Shown here: positions 9,725 to 18,537 of the stretch, piece after piece
Numbering within the stretch: position 1 is the stretch's first letter
How the letters are laid out: every line of letters starts with the position of its first letter
DNA from: an uncultured Rhodobacteraceae bacterium
GTDB lineage: Bacteria > Pseudomonadota > Alphaproteobacteria > Rhodobacterales > Rhodobacteraceae
NCBI GenBank assembly: GCA_947501025.1
Contig: CANMUM010000003.1
Location: forward strand, 68,683-132,682
Length of the DNA: 64,000 nucleotides
Direction of reading: 5' to 3'
Notes under the pieces: generated by a model
What the model saw: only the letters and a program-made list of their open reading frames with translations
Database searches by the model: none
Told to the model about the DNA's origin: nothing
Program-made: the position numbers and the translations under genes

Positions 9725-10590
9725 TGGCTAAAATGACTCCTGCAAGTTTTGATTGGGTTGATGCATTCTCAGATGCACCGTTTATGGGAAATGGCTGCGC
9801 GGTTGTTTATGATGGAGGAAAATGGAGCGATGAACAATGCTTGGCATATGTGCGCGAAACGGGGCTGGTCGAATGCACTTTCATAGCAAAATCCTCAAAA
9901 GCAGATGCCAAAGTTCGCTATTTTCTAGCTTCTCATGAAATTCCATTTGCGGGCCACCCTACAATCGCCACGGCAACATCGCTATTGGATCGCGGTTTGA
10001 TTAATGAGGAAGCCACATTTGAAACAGGTGCGGGTATATTACCGATTTCGATAAAAGATGGCCTTGTCACAATGCAACAGAACGCCCCGCGCTTTGGTGA
10101 TGAATATGCGCGTGATGAAATAGCTAAAATCTTTGGGCTTACCGCACATGACATCATCGACACCCCTCAATTCGTTTCAACGGGCCTGCCCTTCGTGGTG
10201 ACATTGCTCAAAAACAGATCAGCTCTTGAGCGCGCAAAACTAAACGAGGAAGAACTGACTAAATGGCGCAATCAATATAATATTGGGGCATTCTGCGAAC
10301 CCTATTTAGCTACGCTCGATGCGATTGATGGAGATAGCTTAGGGCGTCTTTTATTGCCTGCGCCGAACCCTGCAGAAGACCCCTTCACTGGATCAGCTAG
10401 TGGCTGCCTCGCTTCATATCTATGGTCGCGCGGTCATATCAAAACATCAAAATTCATTCATGAACAAGGCCATATGCTCGATCGAAAAGGTCAAGCCACA
10501 ATTGAATGCGTTGGTAGCTTTGATAATATCGAAGCCGTACTTGTTTCTGGCAAAGGTTGCATTGTGATGCGTGGTGAGGTTCTGGCTTAG
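9724..10590 (+). CDS. PhzF-family isomerase
   Basis: VDAFSDAPFMGNGCAVV, ETGLVECTF and IPFAGHPTIA are PhzF/YddE hallmarks. A TAATG overlap joins it to the upstream gene. Confidence 0.85.
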   Translation: MAKMTPASFDWVDAFSDAPFMGNGCAVVYDGGKWSDEQCLAYVRETGLVECTFIAKSSKADAKVRYFLASHEIPFAGHPTIATATSLLDRGLINEEATFETGAGILPISIKDGLVTMQQNAPRFGDEYARDEIAKIFGLTAHDIIDTPQFVSTGLPFVVTLLKNRSALERAKLNEEELTKWRNQYNIGAFCEPYLATLDAIDGDSLGRLLLPAPNPAEDPFTGSASGCLASYLWSRGHIKTSKFIHEQGHMLDRKGQATIECVGSFDNIEAVLVSGKGCIVMRGEVLA

Positions 10591-10979
10591 AATCCAATCA
10601 TTGAGTTATTATTTCCAAGTGCCTGTATGCCAACCAAATGCTCAATCCATGCTTGGATATCCTTTGGGTCATATCCTAAAATTTCGCCAACCCGCCGCTC
10701 ATTATGCTCGTTCCAATTTTTAATCGTGGTCAAACGATCATAAAGCTCTTCAGCCTCGGCTTCATGCGTATTGCGATAAATGATCCAGTGGGGAATCATT
10801 TTTCCTTTAAAATCTTCTTCCCAATAAATTTCACCAAAATCCCATTTATTGAGCAAATCGGCATAAGCATCTTCTTGGCCAAATATCGCCTCACTGAATA
10901 TAGCGACATGTTTTTGTCCATCACGCATCAACGCAATCTCTTGCCCTTCATGTGGCCCAATTTTGCCATTCATAAACAC
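10587..10979 (-). CDS. Hypothetical protein (acidic, Trp-rich, no motif recognised)
   Basis: The clean 130-codon ORF (GTG at 10979, ATG at 10973) fills the gap between phzF and sbmA. It has no signal peptide or TM segment. Confidence 0.5.
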   Translation of the reverse strand: MFMNGKIGPHEGQEIALMRDGQKHVAIFSEAIFGQEDAYADLLNKWDFGEIYWEEDFKGKMIPHWIIYRNTHEAEAEELYDRLTTIKNWNEHNERRVGEILGYDPKDIQAWIEHLVGIQALGNNNSMIGF

Positions 10980-11048
10980 TTATCCATTTCTCTATTGTCG
11001 ATCACTCTAAAGACTGGAATAATACAACAAAATTAGCAAGGTTAAATT

Positions 11049-12293
11049 ATGTTTCATTCCTTTTTCCCGAGGCCCAAATTGTTTTTCACCTCGGCCGCAC
11101 TTTACGGGCTTGGCGCGATGCTATTTTGGTATTTTTACTCACATCAGCTTGGTGCAGCAATTGGGTTACCACTTCTCCCTGAGGATGCAAAACGCTTAGT
11201 CGGCCTAAAGCACTTTGCAACGAACAACATGATTCTCTATCTTTTGTATTTTTGGACTCTTATATTTGCGTTTTACTTTTTTTGGAAAACCTATGCTCCT
11301 CATCCTTGGCAAAATTGGTCAATTTTAGGTACTGCATTCATTATATTTACGTCCTTTATAGGCATCCAAACCACAGTTTCTTATAATACATGGTACGGTC
11401 AATTTTACGGCCTTATTCAGACCGCTCTCACCTCAGAAGAAACCGTGAAAGAAAGTGAATTTTACTCCTTAATTTTAACCGTTTTACCTCTTGCAATGAT
11501 CATCATGTTCTGGAGCGCGGGCGTTGTGTTCTTCACAAAGCATTATATTTTTCGTTGGCGCACCGCAATGAACGACTACTATACTCAACGCTGGTCACGA
11601 CTGCGCCATATTGAGGGAGCATCCCAACGTGTTCAAGAAGATACGATGCGTTTTGCTGCTACAATGGAACCTGTTGCTGAATCTGCTCTTGATGCAATTA
11701 TGACATTGTTTGCTTATGTTCCATTACTTGCAATTTTCTCTGCATCCATTAGCGCAATTCCTATCTTTGGTGATATTCCGTACTCCCTTATGTGGGTCGC
11801 CATATTTTGGCCAATCATCGGCACAGTTCTGACCTATTTTGTAGGAATTAAACTACCTGGACTTGAATTTGAAAATCAGCGTGTTGAGGCAGCTTTTCGT
11901 AAGGAGCTGGTCTTAGGCGAAGATGATTACGAGCGTGCGGGACCTCCCGAACTTCGTATGCTTTTCTCAAATGTACGCAAGAATTATTTTAAACTTTATT
12001 TTCACTATACCTATTTCACCGTTGCGCGGGCACTTTATAATCAGGCCGATACGTTTTTATTCTTCGTGCTACTTGTGCCCTCAATAGCCGCTAAATCAAT
12101 TGATTTTGGATTGTATCGCCAAATATCAGACGCGTTCAATCGTGTTTCAAACTCGTTTTTGTATTTTTATCGTGCATGGCCGACGATCATTGAACTCTTG
12201 TCGATCCATAAACGTCTGGCAGCTTTTGAAGCGGCGATTGACGGCGGTGAACTTCCCAAAATTGATCAAGAATATCTCGCTGGCAAAGAATAA
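11049..12293 (+). CDS. sbmA: SbmA/BacA-family peptide uptake transporter
   Basis: It is near-colinear with E. coli SbmA as I remember it. Shared segments include MFxSFFPxP..FF, RWRTAMN.YY, LRHIEGAxQRVQEDTMRFA, GIKLPGLEFxNQRVEAA(F/Y)RKELV.GEDD and RKNYF.LYFHY.YF. Confidence 0.9.
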   Translation: MFHSFFPRPKLFFTSAALYGLGAMLFWYFYSHQLGAAIGLPLLPEDAKRLVGLKHFATNNMILYLLYFWTLIFAFYFFWKTYAPHPWQNWSILGTAFIIFTSFIGIQTTVSYNTWYGQFYGLIQTALTSEETVKESEFYSLILTVLPLAMIIMFWSAGVVFFTKHYIFRWRTAMNDYYTQRWSRLRHIEGASQRVQEDTMRFAATMEPVAESALDAIMTLFAYVPLLAIFSASISAIPIFGDIPYSLMWVAIFWPIIGTVLTYFVGIKLPGLEFENQRVEAAFRKELVLGEDDYERAGPPELRMLFSNVRKNYFKLYFHYTYFTVARALYNQADTFLFFVLLVPSIAAKSIDFGLYRQISDAFNRVSNSFLYFYRAWPTIIELLSIHKRLAAFEAAIDGGELPKIDQEYLAGKE

Positions 12294-12366
12294 TGTTGAA
12301 CAAAACGAGTTCCGCTTATCCACCCATTGGGTACAAGTGGATCTTCGATTTTTTTACTTTCTAGCA

Positions 12367-12396
12367 TTGAAAAATAGATAGCGATACGCCACATAT
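12367..12396 (+). promoter_or_regulatory. Candidate sigma-32-like promoter abutting the hslV start codon
   Basis: TTGAAA (12367-12372), a 16-nt spacer, then CCACATAT (12389-12396). The hslV ATG is at 12402, which would imply a leaderless or near-leaderless mRNA. Confidence 0.3.
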
Positions 12397-12401
12397 AAAA
12401 T

Positions 12402-12956
12402 ATGGACCATTCAGATCAAAGCAAAATATATGGCACCACAATTATTGGTGTGAAACGCGGCAACAAAACTGTGATCGCGGGGGATGGGCAAGTTTCACTT
12501 GGCCAAACCGTTCTCAAATCAACCGCTCGTAAAGTCCGCCGCTTACACTCAGGCGGCATTGATGTCATTGCAGGTTTTGCAGGCTCAACGGCTGATGCCT
12601 TCACGCTCCTTGAGCGCCTCGAGGCAAAGCTCGAAGCCAATCCAGGCCAGCTTTCACGCGCGGCAGTGGCTCTGGCAAAAGACTGGCGCATGGATAAATA
12701 TTTGCGCAATCTTGAAGCGATGATGATCGTTGCCGATAAGAACGATCTCCTTGTTCTCACGGGAACAGGCGATGTGTTAGAGCCTGAAAACGGTATGATC
12801 GCAATCGGATCTGGTGGAATGTTCGCACTTTCGGCGGCGCGCGCAATGGCTGAATATGAAAAAGACCCCGAAAAAATTGCTCGTCGATCCTTGGAAGTTG
12901 CAAGCGAAATCTGTGTTTACACCAATGGCAACTTAACTGTGGAAACGATCGATTAA
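12402..12956 (+). CDS. hslV: ATP-dependent protease subunit HslV
   Basis: The sequence [11 protein letters not shown]|[37 protein letters not shown] has the catalytic Thr after an 11-residue propeptide, as in other alphaproteobacteria. GSGG is also present. Confidence 0.95.
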   Translation: MDHSDQSKIYGTTIIGVKRGNKTVIAGDGQVSLGQTVLKSTARKVRRLHSGGIDVIAGFAGSTADAFTLLERLEAKLEANPGQLSRAAVALAKDWRMDKYLRNLEAMMIVADKNDLLVLTGTGDVLEPENGMIAIGSGGMFALSAARAMAEYEKDPEKIARRSLEVASEICVYTNGNLTVETID

Positions 12957-13525
12957 TGTTCCCAGGCGGTATTAAGTTCAACACAGCATCATTCGTGATA
13001 TTAATTGCGCTTGTTGGCATCTATGCTTATGGATATCTGACTGGTAATCAAGATGCTATAATCCGCCAATATGGCATCAGCCAGCATAGCCCAAACTATA
13101 CTTGGATCACACATGCGCTCATTCACGGTGGGATCGTTCATATCGCAATGAATAGCTTCGTTCTTCTACAAACGGGCCACATCATTGAGGGGCAAATGGG
13201 CATACCGCGCTTTGTTCTCTTTACGGTTTTTTGTGCTATTTTTGCTGGCCTCGGGGGTACATGGCTCGGCTATCTGATTGGCAAGCCAGATACCTTACTA
13301 ATAGGTTTTTCAGGCGTGATATTTGGATATTTTGGCGTGCTTGGGCATATGATTGTGTCACGTGCATGGGATAAAAAACAAGCCATCATAGACATCATAA
13401 TACAAAATCCGATGCTTGTCGCATTCATCATTTTACCGTTCATTATGCCAATCGGAATTTCTGGTGAAGGGCATTTGATGGGAGTTGTTTTTGGTTCATT
13501 CTTTGCAAAGTATTTTATCAAATAG
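12956..13525 (+). CDS. Rhomboid-family intramembrane serine protease (minimal 6-TM core, 189 aa)
   Basis: It has the HxxxN motif (HGGIVHIAMNSF), the GxSG catalytic motif (GFSGVIFGYFG) and the TM6 His (GEGHLMGVVFG). The start ATG overlaps the hslV stop (TAATG). Confidence 0.85.
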   Translation: MFPGGIKFNTASFVILIALVGIYAYGYLTGNQDAIIRQYGISQHSPNYTWITHALIHGGIVHIAMNSFVLLQTGHIIEGQMGIPRFVLFTVFCAIFAGLGGTWLGYLIGKPDTLLIGFSGVIFGYFGVLGHMIVSRAWDKKQAIIDIIIQNPMLVAFIILPFIMPIGISGEGHLMGVVFGSFFAKYFIK

Positions 13526-13683
13526 ATTATCTGTATATTGATCACAGGCCAATATACGGATTATTTTAATCTCGCGAGAATTTGCTACGTGTTAATATAA
13601 AAATGTCACAAAAATTCAATTGTTTTTACTTTGCTCTATACGCCTGAAATTATATCGACAGGCATATAGAAATTTCGTGGTCG

Positions 13684-14766
13684 CTAAATGATCGAAATGT
13701 CATCATAGAGTTGCTCGATGGTTACATTTGCAATTTCGAGTATGTCACCATTGCCAAAGTTGAATACAACATTCGAGCCTTTTTGTTCGGCAAAACCAAA
13801 TACATCTTGGCCATCGGCAAAGTCTAGACTCAACTGAATATCATCAATATCATCTTCGAAGTCTTTGATGATGTCACGGCCGCTGCCCATGTCGAATTGG
13901 AAGCTATCATTACCGCTGCCACCATTCAGGACGTCCTTGCCAGTACCGCCATTAAGGATGTCATTACCATCACCACCCTGTAAGCTATCATCGCCTTCAC
14001 CACCATAAAGCGTGTCATCACCAGTCGCGCCTGTGAGCCTATCATTGCCGCTCTCGCCGTATAAAACGTCATTGCCATCACCGCCATTAAGGATGTCATG
14101 ATCATCGCCACCATAAAGATGGTCATTATCATCCCCACCTTTGAGCTTGTCATCTCCAGCTCCGCCATAAAGTTCATCATTACCCAGACCACCGTTTAAG
14201 CTATCATCCCCGTCACCGCCATTAAGCGTGTCATTCCCGGTCGCGCCTGTGAGTCTATCGTTGCCGCTCTCGCCATATAAAATATCATTGCCGTCACCGC
14301 CATTAAGCGTGTCATTTCCTAACTCCCCATAAAGTTGATCATTGCCAGTCGAGCCTTTGAGCGTGTCATTACCAGAATCGCCCTCAAGCCAATCATCGCC
14401 TTCACCACCATAAAGCTGATCATGGTCTTCACCGCCATAAAGAAAGTCACCGTTATCACCGCCATAAAGTTGATCATTGCCTTCCTCCCCATGAAAAAAG
14501 TCCTGACCCTCGCCGCCATAAAAAATGTCATCGCCAGTGTCGCCTTCTTTCCACATATTAGGGCTATTAAGAAATTCATAGCCACCAATTGAGTAAATAA
14601 GTTGACCATCACTATTATAAGAGTGAGTGACCTCACCGTCAAAACTAGTATCAGCGACGTTCTCACCAATAAGCTCTCCAAAAAATAAGTCCAAGCCACG
14701 AATTGATTGAATGAGCTTACCATCTTTGAGATAGTAAGTGCCCTCTATTACATTAGTCTGCTCCAT
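13684..14766 (-). CDS. RTX (hemolysin-type calcium-binding repeat) protein, probable type I secretion substrate
   Basis: About 23 consecutive GGxGxDxL(x) nonapeptides span residues ~82-291. There is no N-terminal signal peptide. The acidic/hydrophobic C-terminus (...NFGNGDILEIANVTIEQLYDDISII) is typical of T1SS substrates. Confidence 0.9.
   Translation of the reverse strand: MEQTNVIEGTYYLKDGKLIQSIRGLDLFFGELIGENVADTSFDGEVTHSYNSDGQLIYSIGGYEFLNSPNMWKEGDTGDDIFYGGEGQDFFHGEEGNDQLYGGDNGDFLYGGEDHDQLYGGEGDDWLEGDSGNDTLKGSTGNDQLYGELGNDTLNGGDGNDILYGESGNDRLTGATGNDTLNGGDGDDSLNGGLGNDELYGGAGDDKLKGGDDNDHLYGGDDHDILNGGDGNDVLYGESGNDRLTGATGDDTLYGGEGDDSLQGGDGNDILNGGTGKDVLNGGSGNDSFQFDMGSGRDIIKDFEDDIDDIQLSLDFADGQDVFGFAEQKGSNVVFNFGNGDILEIANVTIEQLYDDISII
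13894..14523 (-). repeat. Tandem 27-bp (nonapeptide) RTX repeat array, containing a recent 111-bp segmental duplication (14197..14307 vs 13981..14091, 216 bp apart)
   Basis: The protein segments LNGGDGNDILYGESGNDRLTGATGNDTLNGGDGDDSL and LNGGDGNDVLYGESGNDRLTGATGDDTLYGGEGDDSL are nearly identical. The underlying DNA is also nearly identical by eye. Confidence 0.85.
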
Positions 14767-14968
14767 AATTAAGTCTCCTTATTTTTTAATGAAAGCTTAA
14801 TATGTGCCAGTGGATTTTAATCTCCGGTTAAGTGAATTCTCAAATAAAGTTAAATTAATATCAAAATGGAGCTAGGTTTGCGCATTAATGATAGGGCGCG
14901 TTATGGGGGTCTAGGCGATAGTTAAGGCTGTACTGATAGGAATAAGATTTTTTGTAATATTTGCGACA

Positions 14969-14998
14969 TAAAAAAAACTGGCCTCATAAAGAGGCCAG
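14969..14998 (-). terminator. Rho-independent terminator downstream of the NCS2 permease gene
   Basis: On the minus strand, CTGGCCTC-TTTAT-GAGGCCAG is followed by TTTTTTTT. Confidence 0.7.
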
Positions 14999-15028
14999 AT
15001 CCATATGTTCATATTGATAAGAAGTCGT

Positions 15029-16408
15029 TTAAAGTTCTTCGGGCAATACTAAGTTCAGAAAAATCGCAATAAATGCGGTTGGCAACAATCCTGATGTCAT
15101 CAAGATACCGAATGTATTTTGCTTTAATTCGCCAGATTCATTTGGAGAGAAAAATATGTTAAATGCATCTGGAACTTGCTGCAACCCAAGGCCAATTGAC
15201 AGCGCGACCGCAAAGATTACCATATTTCGGCTATTCCAATGAACGTCAGCTAACATCGAAGCACCAGCCGCAGCAACCATACCAAACATGACAATAACGC
15301 CGCCACCTAGAACTTGGATAGGTATCGTGTTTATGATTGCGCCAACCTTGGGTACTAAACCGCAAATAATTAAGAATATCGCACCAATTGTGACAACATG
15401 GCGTGACATCACTCCTGTCATCGCAACCAAGCCAACATTTTGACTAAAGGATGTGTTTGGTAAACTGCCAAATACACCAGCTATAGCAGAACCAAAACCA
15501 TCTGCAAAAGTCGCTCCTTGAACTTCATCATCGGTAGCTTCACGACCTGCACCGCCCTTCGTTATGCCTGAAACGTCTCCAACAGTCTCAATTGCTGAAA
15601 TAAATGCCATCAAGCACATACCTATGATAATCGCCCAGTTTATTTCAAACCCGAACCTGAAAGGCGTTGGCAAAGCAAACCAGCCCGCATCACCCAGATC
15701 GCCAAAGTTCACATCGCCCATTAAACATGCAACAATATAACCAACAAACAGACCTATCAAAACAGCAGATACAGAAAGCATTCCACGCGCAAAAAACTTA
15801 AAGCCCAATGTCACGAATAGAACAATACCTGCTTGGAACCAATTTGATAGCCCACCCCACGAATCTTGGCTACGATTAAAGTCACCCGCACCTCCAGCTG
15901 CATATTCAATACCAACTTTTATAAGTGCAAGACCAATCATCAGAACGATAAGGCCCGTTACAAGTGGTGGCAAAGCAAAGCGTATTTTCCCAACGAACAA
16001 CCCCAAAAACGCGTGGAAAAGACCTCCTATTACAACGCCAGTCATGAGACCAGCTAGTCCTGCAGTACCCGCGCCAATCATAGCTGGAATCATAACTGGA
16101 AGAAATGCGAAGCTTGTGCCCTGAACAATCGGCAAACGTGCGCCGATGGGGCCAAACCCAATAGTTTGAATAAGCGTGGCTAAACCTGCAAAAAGCATTG
16201 CCATTTGAAGCAAATAAACTTTTGTTACAGGATCAGCATCTGGCCCAAAAGCAATACCAGCTGTAGTTGAAATAATAATCGCTGGTGTTACATTTGATAC
16301 AAACATGGCAAGGACATGTTGAATTCCCAAGGGAATAGCTTTCCCAAGTGGTGGTGTATAATTTGGGTCTGCGAGCTGCTCGCTTGTCCCAATTGATAAA
16401 TCTGTCAT
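15029..16408 (-). CDS. Nucleobase:cation symporter-2 (NCS2) family permease (xanthine/uracil-type)
   Basis: The 459-aa polytopic protein has LGIQHVLAMFVSNVTP at the N-terminus and overall NCS2 organisation. Confidence 0.85.
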   Translation of the reverse strand: MTDLSIGTSEQLADPNYTPPLGKAIPLGIQHVLAMFVSNVTPAIIISTTAGIAFGPDADPVTKVYLLQMAMLFAGLATLIQTIGFGPIGARLPIVQGTSFAFLPVMIPAMIGAGTAGLAGLMTGVVIGGLFHAFLGLFVGKIRFALPPLVTGLIVLMIGLALIKVGIEYAAGGAGDFNRSQDSWGGLSNWFQAGIVLFVTLGFKFFARGMLSVSAVLIGLFVGYIVACLMGDVNFGDLGDAGWFALPTPFRFGFEINWAIIIGMCLMAFISAIETVGDVSGITKGGAGREATDDEVQGATFADGFGSAIAGVFGSLPNTSFSQNVGLVAMTGVMSRHVVTIGAIFLIICGLVPKVGAIINTIPIQVLGGGVIVMFGMVAAAGASMLADVHWNSRNMVIFAVALSIGLGLQQVPDAFNIFFSPNESGELKQNTFGILMTSGLLPTAFIAIFLNLVLPEEL

Positions 16409-16576
16409 ATATTAATCTCCATTAGCATTTTGAAAATCAAGCTTGTGGCAGTTTTTTGCCCTTAGCAAGAAAAATATGGCTTTCGTACCGCCATATAACG
16501 CGGTAGAAGAACTTTAATATTGCAAGTGCACAAAAAATCATCGCTTTGACAAAATTGTCTTAAGGATCCTTTACAT

Positions 16577-17959
16577 ATGTCGCAAGATCTTCAAGAACAT
16601 CACGAGAATGACGACTTGGCCTATCTGGCCAATGCGGAATATCGTGCGGCTCTTGATGATGCTATCGAAGCCCGAAACCAAGCCGATCTTATCGAGATCT
16701 TTGACCGTCTGCACGTTGCCGATATAGCCGATATTATTGAGCAATCTGATCGTGGCCGTCGCGAAGACATCATCACCTTATGGGGCTCCGAAATTGACGC
16801 GCTTGTTCTTACAGAGTTAGAAGATGGCGTTCGTGCAGAAATCCTCGAATATGTTCCTTATTCTGTATTGGCGCGCGCGCTTCAAGAGCTTGATAGCGAT
16901 GATCTGGTTTACGTCATCGAAGGTCTCGAGGAAGATAAACGCGAGACACTCCTTGGCGCACTGGATCAAATAGACCGCGAAGCCGTTACCCAGTCTTTGA
17001 CCTATCCTGAATATTCAGCTGGTCGCTTAATGCAGCGCGAATTTGTTCTTGCGCCAGAGCATTGGAATGCTGGCCAAACAATAGATTATATGCGCTCAAA
17101 CGCTGAACTCCCTGCATATTTTCACAATGTATTCGTTGTCGGGCCGACAATGAAACCTGTTGGCATTGTGCGTCTCTCAAAGATTATGGGTTCACCGCGC
17201 AACACCAAGCTCACAGATATCCTTGATGAATCATTGCATAGTTTCCGCGTAGATACCGAGCAATCTGAAGTAGCCTATGCCTTCAATCAATACCATATTC
17301 TTTCTGCGCCTGTTCTTGATGAAGATGGGCGGATGGTTGGCGTTATTGATATTGAAGATGCGCTTGAAATACTTGACGACGAAGCTGAGGAAGACATCAA
17401 GCGCCTAGCGGGTGTTGGTGATGAAGAGCTTTCCGATAGCATCGTTGAAACAGCGCGTTTGCGCTTCCCATGGCTTGCGGTCAATCTGCTGACATCCATT
17501 ATTGCATCCATCGTTATTGCTCAATTCTCTGATACAATTAACGCGGTCGTTGCGCTTGCCATCTTGATGCCAATTGTTGCCAGTATGGGAGGCAATGCTG
17601 GCACTCAAACCTTAACTGTTGCCGTACGCGCCCTCGCAACCAAAGATTTAACAAGAGCAAATGCGAAACGTATTGTGTATCGTGAAGCCTTTGTTGGCCT
17701 TTTAAATGGCCTTGTTTTTGCCCTCGCAATTGGTCTGGTTGGCTGGATATGGTTTGGACGGATTGATCTGGGCTATGTGCTTGCGATGGCCATGGTGCTC
17801 AATCTCGTTGTGGCAGGTCTTGCTGGTATATTGATCCCAATCTTACTAGACAAACTCGGAGCTGACCCCGCACTTGCCTCAGGCGCATTCGTGACCACGG
17901 TTACAGATGTTGTTGGGTTTTTGGTCTTTTTGGGGCTTGCGGCAGCGTTCCTTGTTTAA
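16577..17959 (+). CDS. mgtE: Magnesium transporter MgtE
   Basis: It has the acidic MgtE_N domain, a CBS pair, and a TM domain with GNAGTQTLTV and the C-terminal DVVGF motif. Confidence 0.95.
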   Translation: MSQDLQEHHENDDLAYLANAEYRAALDDAIEARNQADLIEIFDRLHVADIADIIEQSDRGRREDIITLWGSEIDALVLTELEDGVRAEILEYVPYSVLARALQELDSDDLVYVIEGLEEDKRETLLGALDQIDREAVTQSLTYPEYSAGRLMQREFVLAPEHWNAGQTIDYMRSNAELPAYFHNVFVVGPTMKPVGIVRLSKIMGSPRNTKLTDILDESLHSFRVDTEQSEVAYAFNQYHILSAPVLDEDGRMVGVIDIEDALEILDDEAEEDIKRLAGVGDEELSDSIVETARLRFPWLAVNLLTSIIASIVIAQFSDTINAVVALAILMPIVASMGGNAGTQTLTVAVRALATKDLTRANAKRIVYREAFVGLLNGLVFALAIGLVGWIWFGRIDLGYVLAMAMVLNLVVAGLAGILIPILLDKLGADPALASGAFVTTVTDVVGFLVFLGLAAAFLV

Positions 17960-18525
17960 CGCCGCGCCTTTGAACGAATAAAAATATAAAACGCACCTTC
18001 TCCACCATGCTTTTTATGTGATGGACAAAAATGAGCAATCAATTTTGACATTTCAGGTGCCCTCACCCATTCTGGAAATGCGCGCTTAATCACACCAGAC
18101 ACTTGCAATCCAAAATCGCTTTGGCGCACCTGCCCGCCTTTACCCGTAACAACAAGGATAATCTTGTGGCGATCTTGAGCCGATGTTTTGACAAACCGCT
18201 CAAATCGCTCTCGGGCAGTCTCAAGACGATCACCATGGAGATCTATACGAGCAGTTGGCTCCAATTGCCCACGCGTTAGGGCGCGCTGCTTTGAGCGCAT
18301 CATGCCCTCAACACCATAAATTGGCACGATTTTCTTTAGTGAAGTGCTTACGGCCTTTGGAGGGTCATAGAGATGATTGCCTGCACGAGGCGTGGTGTTT
18401 TCTTCAAGCCATGCATCAAGCTCATCAGTCGTTGGTGACACACGCCCTTCAATAGGTTCGACCGAAGCGCGCACATGATCCCAAATCCGCTGATCTGCTT
18501 TTGAAAGAGATTTGCGCTTGGTCAT
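17956..18525 (-). CDS. Smr/MutS2-type small endonuclease domain protein
   Basis: The Smr domain reads IDLHGDRLETARERFERFV...ILVVTGKG. It overlaps mgtE convergently by 4 nt. Confidence 0.8.
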   Translation of the reverse strand: MTKRKSLSKADQRIWDHVRASVEPIEGRVSPTTDELDAWLEENTTPRAGNHLYDPPKAVSTSLKKIVPIYGVEGMMRSKQRALTRGQLEPTARIDLHGDRLETARERFERFVKTSAQDRHKIILVVTGKGGQVRQSDFGLQVSGVIKRAFPEWVRAPEMSKLIAHFCPSHKKHGGEGAFYIFIRSKARR

Positions 18526-18537
18526 GTCACATCCTCT

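Noticed and set aside
16409-16576. Purine riboswitch upstream of the NCS2 nucleobase permease, or an M-box upstream of mgtE
   Set aside because: The minus-strand leader contains UUCUACC and a 7-bp hairpin (AUAUGGC/GCCAUAU). I could not build the P1/P2/P3 three-way junction or find the UAUAAU and conserved J3-1 nucleotides. No M-box-like ~160-nt conserved core is visible on the plus strand either.
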